From Occultella glacieicola (GTDB lineage: Bacteria; Actinomycetota; Actinomycetes; Actinomycetales; Beutenbergiaceae), in assembly GCF_004353825.1 (NCBI RefSeq), contig NZ_SMNA01000001.1, forward strand, positions 434,001 through 498,000: a DNA stretch of 64,000 nt, given 5' to 3'. Of the stretch, positions 38,816 through 48,946 are shown one piece after another (position 1 is the stretch's first letter; every line of letters begins with the position of its first letter). Position numbers and translations under genes: made by a program. The notes below the pieces were generated by a model. That model was not told the DNA's origin. It saw only the letters and a list, made by a program, of their open reading frames with translations, and made no database searches.

Positions 38816-38846
38816 AGAAAGGCCGCCTCGACTTCGTCGGGCGGCC
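38816..38846 (-). terminator. Terminator after tRNA-Gly
   Basis: GGCCGCC..GGCGGCC hairpin followed by TTTCT on the minus strand. Confidence 0.65.
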
Positions 38847-38857
38847 GTCTCATTGCG

Positions 38858-38928
38858 AGCGGGTGACGAGAATCGAACTCGCGCTATCAGCTTGGGAAGC
38901 TGAAGTTCTACCACTGAACTACACCCGC
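38858..38928 (-). tRNA. tRNA-Gly (anticodon CCC)
   Basis: GCGGGTG acceptor stem, D-arm GTTC/GAAC, anticodon arm TCAGC-TTCCCAA-GCTGA, T-arm GCGAG-TTCGATT-CTCGT; 71 nt, CCA not encoded. Confidence 0.97.
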
Positions 38929-39008
38929 ATGCGCCCGGTGACCCGAACGCGCCGCCAGCATACCCGGTGCCGGGGATGGGTTTCACCCCGGCGCGCTAAC
39001 GTGGGCGC

Positions 39009-39590
39009 GTGCTGCTCTCCGATCGCGACATCCGCGCCGAACTGACCACCGGGCGGATCGGCCTGGATCCCTTCGACGAGACGATGATCCAGCCCTCCAG
39101 CGTCGATGTCCGGCTGGACCGGTTCTTCCGCCTCTTCGACAACCACAAGTACCCCGTGATCGACCCCGCCCTGGACCAGCCCGAACTCACCCGGATGGTC
39201 GAGGCCGCCCCCGGCGACCCGTTCGTGCTCCATCCCGGCGAGTTCGTCCTCGGGTCCACGTACGAGCTGATCAGCCTGCCGGACGACGTCGCGGCCCGCC
39301 TCGAGGGCAAGTCCAGCCTCGGTCGGCTCGGACTGCTGACGCACTCCACGGCCGGGTTCATCGACCCCGGGTTCTCCGGCCACGTCACGCTCGAGCTGTC
39401 GAACGTCGCGACCCTGCCGATCCTGCTCTGGCCCGGCATGAAGATCGGGCAGATGTGCTACTTCCGGCTGTCCAGCCCCGCCGAGCACCCGTACGGGTCC
39501 GGCGCCCAAGGCTCGCGCTACCAGGGCCAACGGGGCCCGACGGCGTCGCGTTCGCACCTGGGGTTCCACCGCACCGACGTGGGTCGGTAG
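39009..39590 (+). CDS. dcd: dCTP deaminase
   Basis: [41 protein letters not shown]. Confidence 0.97.
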   Translation: MLLSDRDIRAELTTGRIGLDPFDETMIQPSSVDVRLDRFFRLFDNHKYPVIDPALDQPELTRMVEAAPGDPFVLHPGEFVLGSTYELISLPDDVAARLEGKSSLGRLGLLTHSTAGFIDPGFSGHVTLELSNVATLPILLWPGMKIGQMCYFRLSSPAEHPYGSGAQGSRYQGQRGPTASRSHLGFHRTDVGR

Positions 39591-39594
39591 GGCC

Positions 39595-40596
39595 ATGCCC
39601 GACGGCGCAGCCCGGGTCCTGCAGGTCGGCCTCGCCGAGGTGCAGCACCTGTTGCTGCTCGGCGCGGACGTCACCGACGAGGAGGTCGAGGCTCTCGCGC
39701 TGAGCCGGTTCCCGGAGGCGGGCCGGGTGAACGCCACGACGCTCGCGCTCACCCCGACGGCCGCCATCGAGGGCCCGTGGGAGGTCGCCGATCCCGGCTT
39801 GCTCGGCGTCGGGGTCGAACTGACCCAGGCGTACGCGATCACCGTCCCGGCCGAGCGCGGCGACCCGGTACCCGAGCACCTGCGCGGCCTCGGCGGCATC
39901 CTGGACGCGTTCGCAGGGGGGCAGCCGCAGGGACACGAACTCGCGATCGTCGAGTTCGCCCAGGCCGCCGCCCGCCGGCTCGGTGGGACTCTGCGGGTGG
40001 CCGGGACCGGCGCCCTGATCGTCCCCGAGCCGGGCGTGGACCTGGCCGTGCACTCCGAGGTGTGGCTGCATCCGGACGCCCTCGTGCACGTGCTGACCCC
40101 GGCGCTGCCCGGGGTGAGCCTGGACCTGGGTGCGGACCCGGGGCCCGACGCGGGCGCGCACCGGGCGTCGCCGACGCCGCGGCCCGCAGCCGCCGCACCG
40201 GCCGGCACCGAGGAACTGGACGACGGCGAACGGGCCTGGATCCACGCGGAGGCCGACGCCTACGACGCGCATGCGCTCGCGGCCGAACCCGCCACCGAGG
40301 CCTACGGTGCCGTGTGCCCGTTGCCCGACGGCGGCACGATCGCCGTCGAGGTCGAGGCGGAGGTGTCCGTGCCCCTGGTGCTCGAGGGCCTGGACTGGGC
40401 CCGGTCCGGAGTGATCCGCTACGACGTGCGTTGGTTCCCGGTGGACCCCGAGGCCTACCACGCCGGGCCGACCGGCGCCCGGATGGTCGCCGCCCGGGAC
40501 CGGGCCACGGCGCTCGTGGAGGGGGCCGCGCGGGCTCTCCTGGAGGCCATCGGCGGTGAGACGACGGACGACGACGGATTCCTCGTCGACCCGTGA
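39595..40596 (+). CDS. Hypothetical protein downstream of dcd
   Basis: 333 aa ORF with typical codon bias, 4 bp after the dcd stop. Confidence 0.75.
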   Translation: MPDGAARVLQVGLAEVQHLLLLGADVTDEEVEALALSRFPEAGRVNATTLALTPTAAIEGPWEVADPGLLGVGVELTQAYAITVPAERGDPVPEHLRGLGGILDAFAGGQPQGHELAIVEFAQAAARRLGGTLRVAGTGALIVPEPGVDLAVHSEVWLHPDALVHVLTPALPGVSLDLGADPGPDAGAHRASPTPRPAAAAPAGTEELDDGERAWIHAEADAYDAHALAAEPATEAYGAVCPLPDGGTIAVEVEAEVSVPLVLEGLDWARSGVIRYDVRWFPVDPEAYHAGPTGARMVAARDRATALVEGAARALLEAIGGETTDDDGFLVDP

Positions 40597-40899
40597 ACCG
40601 GGCCTGATCCGGACCAGTACCGGGCGCTCGACCGATCGCCGGACCTCACTCGGGCGAGCCCGGACCCGGCCCGTGGTCCGGCCCCCGGATCGCGGACGCC
40701 GGGGACGGGAGGGTCTCTCACCTTGGTAGGATCCGAACGGTTCCCATCCACTCCATCACGCCGCCCGAACAGGGTCGGCGTGCATGGCCGCACCTTCACT
40801 CCTTACAACCTAAGCACCGCCGGTTCCACCGAAATCCCCATTCGCGTGACGCCAAAGTTCGACTGACAATCTGACCACGCCCACTGATCAGGAGCGGAC

Positions 40900-43875
40900 G
40901 TGCTGCAGCTACTCGCTTTGCACCTTCTCGCCGCCGTGGCTGCGCCTGCCATCATGCGGCGATTCGGTCGCAAGGGGTTCCTGCCGCTGGCGTTGGTGCC
41001 CGGGTCGGCGGCGGTCTGGGCGGTCGTGAACACGGGTGCCGTGGTGGACGGGCGCGGTCCCACGCTGGACGTGTCCTGGATCCCGGCGCTGGACATGTCG
41101 TTGTCCTTCCGGCTGGACGTCCTGTCCTGGCTCATGGTGATCCTGGTGGGCGGTGTCGGCGCCATCGTGCTCGGCTACTGCGCCTGGTACTTCGCCTCCG
41201 GTGCCAAGTTCCTGGGCCGGTTCGCAGGGGTCTTCGTCGCATTCGCCGGGGCGATGCTCGGGCTCGTCACCACGGACAACACGCTCGTGCTGTACGTGTT
41301 CTGGGAACTCACCACGGTGTTCTCCTACCTGCTGATCGGGCACTACTTCGACCGCAAGGGCGCCCGCCGGGCCGCGATGCAGGCGATCATCGTGACCACC
41401 CTCGGCGGGCTCGCGATGCTGTTCGGCTTCCTCATCCTCGGCGAGGCCGAGGGTGGCTCGTACACGATCTCCGAACTGATCGCCGCACCGCCGGCAGGCG
41501 GTGGGCTGGTGACCGCCGCGATCGTGCTGGTCCTCGTCGGCGCGATCAGCAAGTCCGCGCTCGTGCCGTTCCACTTCTGGCTCCCCGGGGCGATGGCCGC
41601 TCCGACACCGGTGAGCGCCTACCTGCACGCCGCCGCGATGGTGAAGGCCGGTGTGTACCTGGTCGCCCGGTTCGCGCCCGGCTTCGCCGAGACGCCGGTG
41701 TGGCAGTGGATGATCCTGCTCACCGGTGGCGCCACGATGATCCTCGGCGGCTACCGTGCGCTGCGTCAGCACGACCTGAAACTGCTCCTCGCGTTCGGCA
41801 CCGTCAGCCAGCTCGGCTTCCTGATCCTGCTGGTGGGGCAGGCCGACCGGGCCGTCGCGCTCGCCGGGCTCGCCCTCATCGGCGCACACGCCATGTTCAA
41901 GGCCGCCCTGTTCCTGACCGTCGGCGTCATCGACGCCGCCGCCGGCACCCGGGACCTGCGCCAGCTCTCCGGGCTGGCCAAGCACCTCCCGTGGGCCACC
42001 GTGCCCGGGGTGCTCGCCGCGTTCTCGATGGTGGGGCTGCCCCCGTTCGCCGGCTACGTCGGCAAGGAGGCGGCCCTCGAGGCTCTCGTGCACCTCGATG
42101 ACCCGATGTCCGTGGCCGTGCTTGTCGTCGTCGTGATCGGGTCCATCCTCACGTTCGCCTACGGGATGCGCTTCCTCTGGGGTGCGTTCGCCCGGAAGAA
42201 GGGCGTGCCGGACACGTCGGTGGACAAGGAGGCGACCGGTCTCTACGTGGCGCCGAACGTGCTCGCCTTCGCCGGGCTGTTCGCCGGCCTGTTCCCGGTG
42301 GCCGGAGAGACCCTGCTGGCGCCGTACGCGGACACCTACCCCCAGGGCGAGCCCGGGCACCTGACCCTCTGGGGCGGTTTCGGGATCCCGCTGCTGCTGA
42401 CCGGTGTGATCATCGTGGCCGGACTGCTCCTGATGCTCGGCCGGACCGCGATCGAACGGGCCCAGGAGCTGGTCTCCGTCGGTCCGGACGCGGACCGGAC
42501 CTACCGCGGCACGATGCGCCGGCTGGACAGCATCTCGGTCGCGGTCACCTCGATCACCCAGCGTGGTTCGCTGCCCGTCTACCTGGGCCTGATCCTCCTC
42601 ACCACCGTGGTGATGATCTGGACCTCCGCCTACGCCGGAGGGCTGCGCATCGGTGCGCTCAAGCCCTGGGACTACCCGGTCCAGGCGGGGGTGGCGGTCG
42701 TGATCGCGGTGGCCGCGTTCCTGACCGCGCGGGCCCGGCGCCGGCTGAAGGCCGTGGTCCTGCTGGGCATCACCGGCTACGGGGTCGTGCTGCTGTTCGC
42801 GCTGCAGGGCGCCCCCGACCTGGCCCTGACCCAGGCCCTGGTGGAGACGATCACCCTGGTCGTGTTCATCCTGGTCCTGCGCCGGCTGCCGGCCTACTTC
42901 TCGAACCGGCCGCTCAAGGCGAGCCGGTGGTGGCGGGCGATCCTCGCGACCATCGTCGGGGTGACCGTGACGTTCGTGGCGCTCGTGATCCCGAACGCGC
43001 GGGTCACCGACACCATCGCGGAGCTGTTCCCCGAGGAGGCCTACAACTTCGGCTACGGCAGGAACATCGTCAACGTCACGCTCGTGGACATCCGGGCCTG
43101 GGACACGATGGGTGAGATCTCGGTCCTGCTGGTCGCCGCCACCGGTGTCGCGTCCCTGGTGTTCCTCCGGGCCCGGGCGGGCCGCGTCGAGCGGATCCGC
43201 GACCATGACATGGACCGGGGCTCGGTCTGGGCCAGCGACTCCCCGGGTGACGACGCGCTGGTACGGCGGTCCCGGACTCAGCCGGTGCGCAGCACCCGGA
43301 ACCGCCGGTGGATCAGCGCCGGCGTCGCCCTCGCGCCGCACCGGCGGTCGGTGATCTTCGAGGTCGCCACCCGGCTGATCTTCCACACGATGCTCGTGTT
43401 CGCCGTCTACCTGCTCTTCGCCGGGCACAACTCACCCGGCGGTGGGTTCGTCGCCGGCCTGGTGGCCGGTATCGCGCTGACCGTCCGCTACCTGGCCGGC
43501 GGCCGGTACGAGCTCGGCGAGGCGGCGCCGGTCCTGCCCGGTCTTCTCCTCGGCAGCGGGCTGTTCCTCTCCGCCGGCGCCGGGGCTGTGCCGCTCGCGT
43601 TCGGCGGTGTGGTGCTGCAGTCCGCGGTGATCGACTTCCACCTCGGCTACCTCGGCGACGTGCACCTGGTCACCACACTCTTCTTCGACATCGGGGTGTT
43701 CCTGGTGGTCGTCGGCCTGATGCTGGACATCCTGCGCTCGCTCGGCGCCGAGGTGGACCGCCAGGGCGAGGCCGAGGGCCGCGCGGCGCCGGACGTCGCC
43801 CACGACTCGCCGCGATCCACCGCGGACGATGCCCAGCCCCTCGAGGACGCCCTGGCCGGAGGTGGCCCCCGATGA
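40900..43875 (+). CDS. mrpA: Na+/H+ antiporter subunit A (MrpA-MrpB fusion)
   Basis: KSALVPFHFWLPGAMAAPTPVSAYLHAAAMVKAG, APDLALTQ, GHNSPGGGF. Confidence 0.96.
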   Translation: MLQLLALHLLAAVAAPAIMRRFGRKGFLPLALVPGSAAVWAVVNTGAVVDGRGPTLDVSWIPALDMSLSFRLDVLSWLMVILVGGVGAIVLGYCAWYFASGAKFLGRFAGVFVAFAGAMLGLVTTDNTLVLYVFWELTTVFSYLLIGHYFDRKGARRAAMQAIIVTTLGGLAMLFGFLILGEAEGGSYTISELIAAPPAGGGLVTAAIVLVLVGAISKSALVPFHFWLPGAMAAPTPVSAYLHAAAMVKAGVYLVARFAPGFAETPVWQWMILLTGGATMILGGYRALRQHDLKLLLAFGTVSQLGFLILLVGQADRAVALAGLALIGAHAMFKAALFLTVGVIDAAAGTRDLRQLSGLAKHLPWATVPGVLAAFSMVGLPPFAGYVGKEAALEALVHLDDPMSVAVLVVVVIGSILTFAYGMRFLWGAFARKKGVPDTSVDKEATGLYVAPNVLAFAGLFAGLFPVAGETLLAPYADTYPQGEPGHLTLWGGFGIPLLLTGVIIVAGLLLMLGRTAIERAQELVSVGPDADRTYRGTMRRLDSISVAVTSITQRGSLPVYLGLILLTTVVMIWTSAYAGGLRIGALKPWDYPVQAGVAVVIAVAAFLTARARRRLKAVVLLGITGYGVVLLFALQGAPDLALTQALVETITLVVFILVLRRLPAYFSNRPLKASRWWRAILATIVGVTVTFVALVIPNARVTDTIAELFPEEAYNFGYGRNIVNVTLVDIRAWDTMGEISVLLVAATGVASLVFLRARAGRVERIRDHDMDRGSVWASDSPGDDALVRRSRTQPVRSTRNRRWISAGVALAPHRRSVIFEVATRLIFHTMLVFAVYLLFAGHNSPGGGFVAGLVAGIALTVRYLAGGRYELGEAAPVLPGLLLGSGLFLSAGAGAVPLAFGGVVLQSAVIDFHLGYLGDVHLVTTLFFDIGVFLVVVGLMLDILRSLGAEVDRQGEAEGRAAPDVAHDSPRSTADDAQPLEDALAGGGPR

Positions 43876-44393
43876 TCGACATGACACCGAACGTCACCCT
43901 CGCGATCGTGGTCGGCGTCCTCGTCGGTACCGGGGTGTACCTGCTCCTGGAGCGCAGCCTGTCCCGCGTCATCATCGGCGTGACCCTGATCAGCAACGGC
44001 GTGAACGTCCTGATGCTGATCGCCGGGGGAGCCGCCGGCGGTCCACCGCTGATCGGTAGCGGTCCCAACGAGGAGATGGCCGACCCGTTGCCCCAGGCGA
44101 TGGTCCTCACCGCGATCGTCATCAACCTCGGCCTGACCGCCTTCGTGCTCGCGATGGCCTACCGGAGCTGGCAGCTGCACGGCCATGACGAGGTGCAGGA
44201 CGACCTCGAGGACCGCCGGATCGCGCGCCGCGCCGAACGCGGTGCGGTGGACCGGCGAGCGGACGACGTCGGCACCAACCTGGCCATCGAGGCCGCCGAG
44301 GCACGTGACGAGACCGAGGAGGTACCCCTGGTCACCGGACACGGGCCGCAGCTGGGTGCCGAGGACCACGAGGTCAAGGGAGAGCGATCATGA
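43872..44393 (+). CDS. mrpC: Na+/H+ antiporter subunit C
   Basis: ADPLPQAMVLTAIVI; ATGA overlap. Confidence 0.94.
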   Translation: MIDMTPNVTLAIVVGVLVGTGVYLLLERSLSRVIIGVTLISNGVNVLMLIAGGAAGGPPLIGSGPNEEMADPLPQAMVLTAIVINLGLTAFVLAMAYRSWQLHGHDEVQDDLEDRRIARRAERGAVDRRADDVGTNLAIEAAEARDETEEVPLVTGHGPQLGAEDHEVKGERS

Positions 44394-45928
44394 CCTGGCT
44401 CGTCCCGCTACCGGTCGTCGTCCCGCTGATCGCGGCCGGCCTGGCCCTGGCCATGTCCCGGCGCCCGCGGGTCCAGGGCGCGATCTCGGTGGCCGCCCTG
44501 AGCATCGTGCTCGCGGTCGCCATCGGCCTGATCTTCGTCACCCACACCCAGGGCCCGCAGGTCGTGAACGTCGGTGGCTGGTCGGCGCCTGTGGGGATCG
44601 CGCTCGTCGGTGACCGGCTCTCCGCCCTGATGCTGCTCGTCTCGGCGATCGTGCTGCTGTGCGTGCTCCTGTACTCGCTGGCGCAGGGCATCGCCGACGG
44701 CAACGAGGGTGCGCCGGTCGCCATCTACCACCCGACCTATCTGGTCCTTTCCGCCGGGGTCGCCAACGCGTTCCTGTCCGGGGACCTGTTCAACCTCTAC
44801 GTCGGGTTCGAGATCCTGCTCGCGGCCTCGTTCGTCCTGCTCACCCTCGGTGGGACCGGCGAACGGATCCGGGCCGGGTCGATCTACGTCATCGTCTCGC
44901 TGCTGTCCTCGGTGCTGTTCCTGATATCGATCGCGATGATCTACGCGGCGACCGGCACGCTGAACCTCGCCCAGCTGTCCGAGCGGCTGCTCGAGATCGA
45001 CCCCGGGGTGCGCCTGGTCCTGCAGGTGATGCTGTTGATGGGCTTCGCGATCAAGGCCGCGGTGTTCCCACTCTCGGCCTGGCTACCCGATTCGTATCCG
45101 ACGGCGCCGGCCCCGGTCACCGCCGTGTTCGCCGGGTTGCTGACCAAGGTCGGGGTGTACGCGATCATCCGGATGCAGACGTTGCTGTTCACCGACGGCG
45201 CCCTGGACACCGTCCTGATGTGGGCGGCGCTCCTGACGATGCTCGTGGGCATCATCGGCGCCGTGGCCCAGGACGACATCAAACGTTTGCTGTCCTTCAC
45301 GCTGGTCAGCCATATCGGCTACATGATCTTCGGGATCTCGCTGGCGAACCAGACGGGACTGTCCTCGGCCATCTTCTATGTGGCCCACCACATCACCGTG
45401 CAGACCGCGCTGTTCCTGGTCGCCGGCCTCATCGAGCGCCGTGGCGGGACCACGTCGCTGGAGAAGCTCGGCAGCCTCGGCAAGTTCGCGCCGGCCCTAG
45501 CGATCCTGTTCTTCGTGCCCGCGATGAACCTGGCCGGGATCCCGCCGATGTCCGGCTTCCTCGGTAAGGTCGGCCTGCTCCAGGCGGGCCTGGAACTGGG
45601 GTCGCCGCTGGCCCTGGCGACGGTCGCCGGCGGCCTGCTCACGTCCCTGCTCACGCTCTACGCCGTGGTCAAGGCCTGGAACAAGGCGTTCTGGCAGGAC
45701 GCCCCCGAGAAGCTGCCCGGCGACAGCACGCCGCGTTCGATGTTCGGCCCGGCCGCGGTCCTCGCCGCCCTCGGGGTGCTGTTCGCGGTGGTCGGCGGCC
45801 CGCTGTACCACTACACCGACGCGGCGGCCCGGGACCTGCAGGCCCAGACCCCGTACGTCGACGCGGTGCTGGTGCATGGCGACCGGGGCGAGGGCGACTC
45901 CGACGCGGCCGGGGGTGACGACGGATGA
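44390..45928 (+). CDS. mrpD: Na+/H+ antiporter subunit D
   Basis: GDLFNLYVGFEI, WLPDSYPTAP, LLTKVGVY. Confidence 0.95.
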   Translation: MTWLVPLPVVVPLIAAGLALAMSRRPRVQGAISVAALSIVLAVAIGLIFVTHTQGPQVVNVGGWSAPVGIALVGDRLSALMLLVSAIVLLCVLLYSLAQGIADGNEGAPVAIYHPTYLVLSAGVANAFLSGDLFNLYVGFEILLAASFVLLTLGGTGERIRAGSIYVIVSLLSSVLFLISIAMIYAATGTLNLAQLSERLLEIDPGVRLVLQVMLLMGFAIKAAVFPLSAWLPDSYPTAPAPVTAVFAGLLTKVGVYAIIRMQTLLFTDGALDTVLMWAALLTMLVGIIGAVAQDDIKRLLSFTLVSHIGYMIFGISLANQTGLSSAIFYVAHHITVQTALFLVAGLIERRGGTTSLEKLGSLGKFAPALAILFFVPAMNLAGIPPMSGFLGKVGLLQAGLELGSPLALATVAGGLLTSLLTLYAVVKAWNKAFWQDAPEKLPGDSTPRSMFGPAAVLAALGVLFAVVGGPLYHYTDAAARDLQAQTPYVDAVLVHGDRGEGDSDAAGGDDG

Positions 45929-46560
45929 GGGTGAGTGGATCACGCAAGTGGCTCGAGAAGATCCCGATGGTGCTGTGGCTCACGGTGCTCTGGGTGCTGT
46001 TCTGGGGCGACCTGAGCCTGGCGAACGTGCTCGCCGGCGCGCTGATCGGGCTCTTCGTGATGACCGTGATGCCGATGCCGCGGATCGGCTTCGAGGGCCG
46101 GGTCTCCTTCATCGGTACCGCGATCCTGCTCGGGAAGTTCGCCGTCGACGTCCTCCTGGCCTCCGTGCAGGTGGCCCGCCAGGCCCTTAGGTTCGGGCAC
46201 GACCCGCACGGCGCGGTGATCAGGGTGCCCCTGCGGTCCCACTCGGACCTCTACCTGACCCTCACCGCGGTGCTCTGCTCCCTGGTGCCCGGTTCCATCA
46301 TCGTGGAGGCGCACCGGCTGTCCGGCACCCTGTACGTGCACGTCCTGGATGTGCCGGCCGCGGGCGGGATCGCTAAGGCGAAGGCGGACGTGCTCGCCCA
46401 GGAGCGACGGGTGCTGTACGCGCTCGCGACCGACGCCGACATCGCCGAGGCGGGGCTGCCGCCCCGGCCGTGGAAGCGGGGCCGCACCGACGGGCCCGAC
46501 CCGACCACCGCCGTCGGGCCCTCCGGCCCGGCCGGCGACGACCAGGCGGTGACCCGATGA
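45925..46560 (+). CDS. mrpE: Na+/H+ antiporter subunit E
   Basis: LWVLFWG, SLVPGS, LYVHVLD; operon position. Confidence 0.92.
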   Translation: MRVSGSRKWLEKIPMVLWLTVLWVLFWGDLSLANVLAGALIGLFVMTVMPMPRIGFEGRVSFIGTAILLGKFAVDVLLASVQVARQALRFGHDPHGAVIRVPLRSHSDLYLTLTAVLCSLVPGSIIVEAHRLSGTLYVHVLDVPAAGGIAKAKADVLAQERRVLYALATDADIAEAGLPPRPWKRGRTDGPDPTTAVGPSGPAGDDQAVTR

Positions 46561-46898
46561 GTGTGGGTGTGCTGATCACGTGCGGGGTGCTGCTCACGGC
46601 GGCCGCCATACTTGCGATGAGCCGGGTGGAGCGCGGGCCGAGCATGCTCGACCGGATCGTGGCGATCGACGTGATGGTGGCCGCGATCATCGGCTGCCTC
46701 ACCATCCTGTCGGCCTGGACCGGACGCTCCGACCTGGTGCCGGTGCTCATGGTGCTCGCCCTGGTCGGGTTCGTCGGGTCCGTGACGCTGGCCCGGTTCG
46801 CGGCCGCCGAACCCGAGGAGGAACGCCGCATCCTCACCCCCGAGGAGATCGCCGAGGCGGACGCCAAGGTGCGGGCCGAACTGGAGGAGGAGTCGTGA
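46557..46898 (+). CDS. mrpF: Na+/H+ antiporter subunit F
   Basis: RGPSMLDRIVAID; ATG 46557 overlaps the mrpE stop. Confidence 0.92.
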   Translation: MSVGVLITCGVLLTAAAILAMSRVERGPSMLDRIVAIDVMVAAIIGCLTILSAWTGRSDLVPVLMVLALVGFVGSVTLARFAAAEPEEERRILTPEEIAEADAKVRAELEEES

Positions 46899-47275
46899 AC
46901 GCCTCGGACGTCGTCACCGTCGCCTCGTCGGTGCTCCTGGTCCTGGGGAGCCTGCTCACCCTGATCGCCGCCATCGGCGTGACCAGGTTCCCGGACCTGC
47001 TCGCCCGCATGCACGCCGCGACCAAACCCCAGGTGCTCGGCCTGGTGCTGATGATGACCGGCCTGGCCCTGTCGCTGGGTGACTCACAGCTGGGGTGGAA
47101 GCTCACCCTGGTGGTGCTCTTCCAACTGATCACCGCGCCCGTCTCGGCGCACATGGTCGGGCGGGCCGGCTACCGCACCGGCAAGGTGCGTTCGGACCTG
47201 CTCGTGGTCGACGAACTCACCGAGGACCTGCGGGCCGCTCGCGAGGAGACGGACCGCGAGCAAGCGGGCCGCTGA
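46895..47275 (+). CDS. mrpG: Na+/H+ antiporter subunit G
   Basis: RFPDLLARMHAATK, TAPVSAH; GTG 46895. Confidence 0.92.
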   Translation: MNASDVVTVASSVLLVLGSLLTLIAAIGVTRFPDLLARMHAATKPQVLGLVLMMTGLALSLGDSQLGWKLTLVVLFQLITAPVSAHMVGRAGYRTGKVRSDLLVVDELTEDLRAAREETDREQAGR

Positions 47276-47313
47276 CCCGTCGTCGGGCGCCGGTGACCAC
47301 CGGTGCGGGCTGC

Positions 47314-47562
47314 TCAGCCCTTCGTGAGGTCCCCGGAGGACAACCACTTACCGGCCGTCCGGGTGGCGAACGTCCGCGCGAACGCGACCACGGCGCCGCT
47401 GACCGCCGCGAACACCACGAGTTCGGTCAGGCTGATCTCGCCATCGTCCGCCGTGGGCGGCTCGTGCCCGGTGACGCCCTTCCAGGCCAGTTCGATGACC
47501 TTGTTCGCGGCGAACCCGGCGGCGATGGCGGCGACGGTGGTCACGATCTTCTGGGCGTTCAT
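47314..47562 (-). CDS. DUF4235-like small membrane protein
   Basis: WKGVTGHEPP...ELVVFAAVSGA pattern. Confidence 0.75.
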   Translation of the reverse strand: MNAQKIVTTVAAIAAGFAANKVIELAWKGVTGHEPPTADDGEISLTELVVFAAVSGAVVAFARTFATRTAGKWLSSGDLTKG

Positions 47563-47668
47563 GCGGGCTCCTCGGATTGCGGGTCGGCGCCCCCAGCCTA
47601 TCCGTCAAGGACCGCGCACCGCCCGGCGAGGCGAGCACCCGGGCGCGGTGTACGGTTGAGCCCACAAA

Positions 47669-47752
47669 CGACAGGGGAGCGCGACAGCGCTGAGAGTGCG
47701 GCCCGCCGCAGACCCTCGAACCTGCACCGGTTAGCACCGGCGAAGGGAGTCG
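47669..47752 (+). ncRNA. TPP riboswitch
   Basis: GGGG..GCTGAGA..GACCC..GAACCTG..CCGG-TTAGCA-CCGGCGAAGGGA core, upstream of a thiamine ABC transporter. Confidence 0.93.
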
Positions 47753-47822
47753 AGTCTTCTCTCCCAGGTGGCGTTCACGCGCCATCTGGACCCCTTCTCA
47801 ATGTCCGTTGAGGAGGAAGCAC

Positions 47823-48935
47823 ATGTTCCATCACACACACGCTCCGGGTGCCGCACCCGCACGCCGCCGCCGCGCCGCTGCCGGCCTGGGGGCGGTCGCG
47901 GTGTCGGTCGGGCTGGCGCTCGCCGGTTGCTCGCTGACCGGGGGCGACGGCGCCGGAGAGTCCAGCGAGGACGGTGGCGGCGGCCTGCTGCGGGTCGTCA
48001 CGCACGACTCGTTCAGCCTGTCCGAGGACCTGATCGCCCAGTTCGAGTCCGACTCCGGCTACACGCTGGAGTTCAGCGCCCCCGGTGACGGCGGCGCCCT
48101 GGTGAACCAGCTGATCCTCACCTCGGACGCCCCGCTCGGGGACGTCGCGTTCGGCGTCGACAACTCCTTCGCCAGCCGCGCCATCGACGCCGGGGTCTTC
48201 GAGCCGTACACACCCGGGAACCTGCCGGCCAGTGCCGAGCAGTACCTGGCCGACGACGCCGGCTCGCTCACCCCGATCGACGTGGGCGACGTCTGCCTGA
48301 ACGTCGACCACACCTGGTTCGCCGAGCACGGCATCGCCGAACCGGCCACCCTCGAGGACCTGCTCGCGCCCGAGTACGAGGGGCTGACCGTGGTGTCCAA
48401 CCCGGCCACCTCCTCCCCGGGGCTCGCCTTCCTGCTGGCCACGGTGGGCGCGTTCGGCGAGGACGGTTGGGTGGACTACTGGAGCCAGCTGGCCGCGAAC
48501 GGGCTCAAGGTGGTGCAGGGCTGGTCCGACGCCTACTCCGTGGACTTCTCCGGCTCCTCCGGTCAGGGCGCGTACCCGATCGTGCTCTCCTACTCCACGT
48601 CGCCGGCGTTCGAGGTGGCCGAGGGTGCGGACGCCGCCCCCACCGGAGCCCTGCTGGACACCTGCTTCCGGCAGGTCGAGTACGCCGGGGTGCTGGCCGG
48701 GGCCGAGAACCCCGAGGGGGCCAGGGCATTCATCGACTTCCTGCTCTCCGCCGGGGTGCAGGCGGACATCCCGGGCCAGATGTACGTCTACCCCGTGGAC
48801 GACAGCATCGACCTGCCCGAGTCCTGGACCGCGTTCGCGCCGCTCGCCCCCGAGCCGTTCGAGGTCGCGACCGAGGAGATCGACGCGAACCGGGACGCGT
48901 GGATCGAGACCTGGACCGACACCGTGATCGGCTGA
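47823..48935 (+). CDS. thiB: Thiamine ABC transporter substrate-binding lipoprotein
   Basis: Lipobox LAGC, THDSF, GVDN, PATSSPG, SYSTSP, CFRQVEYAG. Confidence 0.92.
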   Translation: MFHHTHAPGAAPARRRRAAAGLGAVAVSVGLALAGCSLTGGDGAGESSEDGGGGLLRVVTHDSFSLSEDLIAQFESDSGYTLEFSAPGDGGALVNQLILTSDAPLGDVAFGVDNSFASRAIDAGVFEPYTPGNLPASAEQYLADDAGSLTPIDVGDVCLNVDHTWFAEHGIAEPATLEDLLAPEYEGLTVVSNPATSSPGLAFLLATVGAFGEDGWVDYWSQLAANGLKVVQGWSDAYSVDFSGSSGQGAYPIVLSYSTSPAFEVAEGADAAPTGALLDTCFRQVEYAGVLAGAENPEGARAFIDFLLSAGVQADIPGQMYVYPVDDSIDLPESWTAFAPLAPEPFEVATEEIDANRDAWIETWTDTVIG

Positions 48936-48946
48936 GGAACCGAGCG

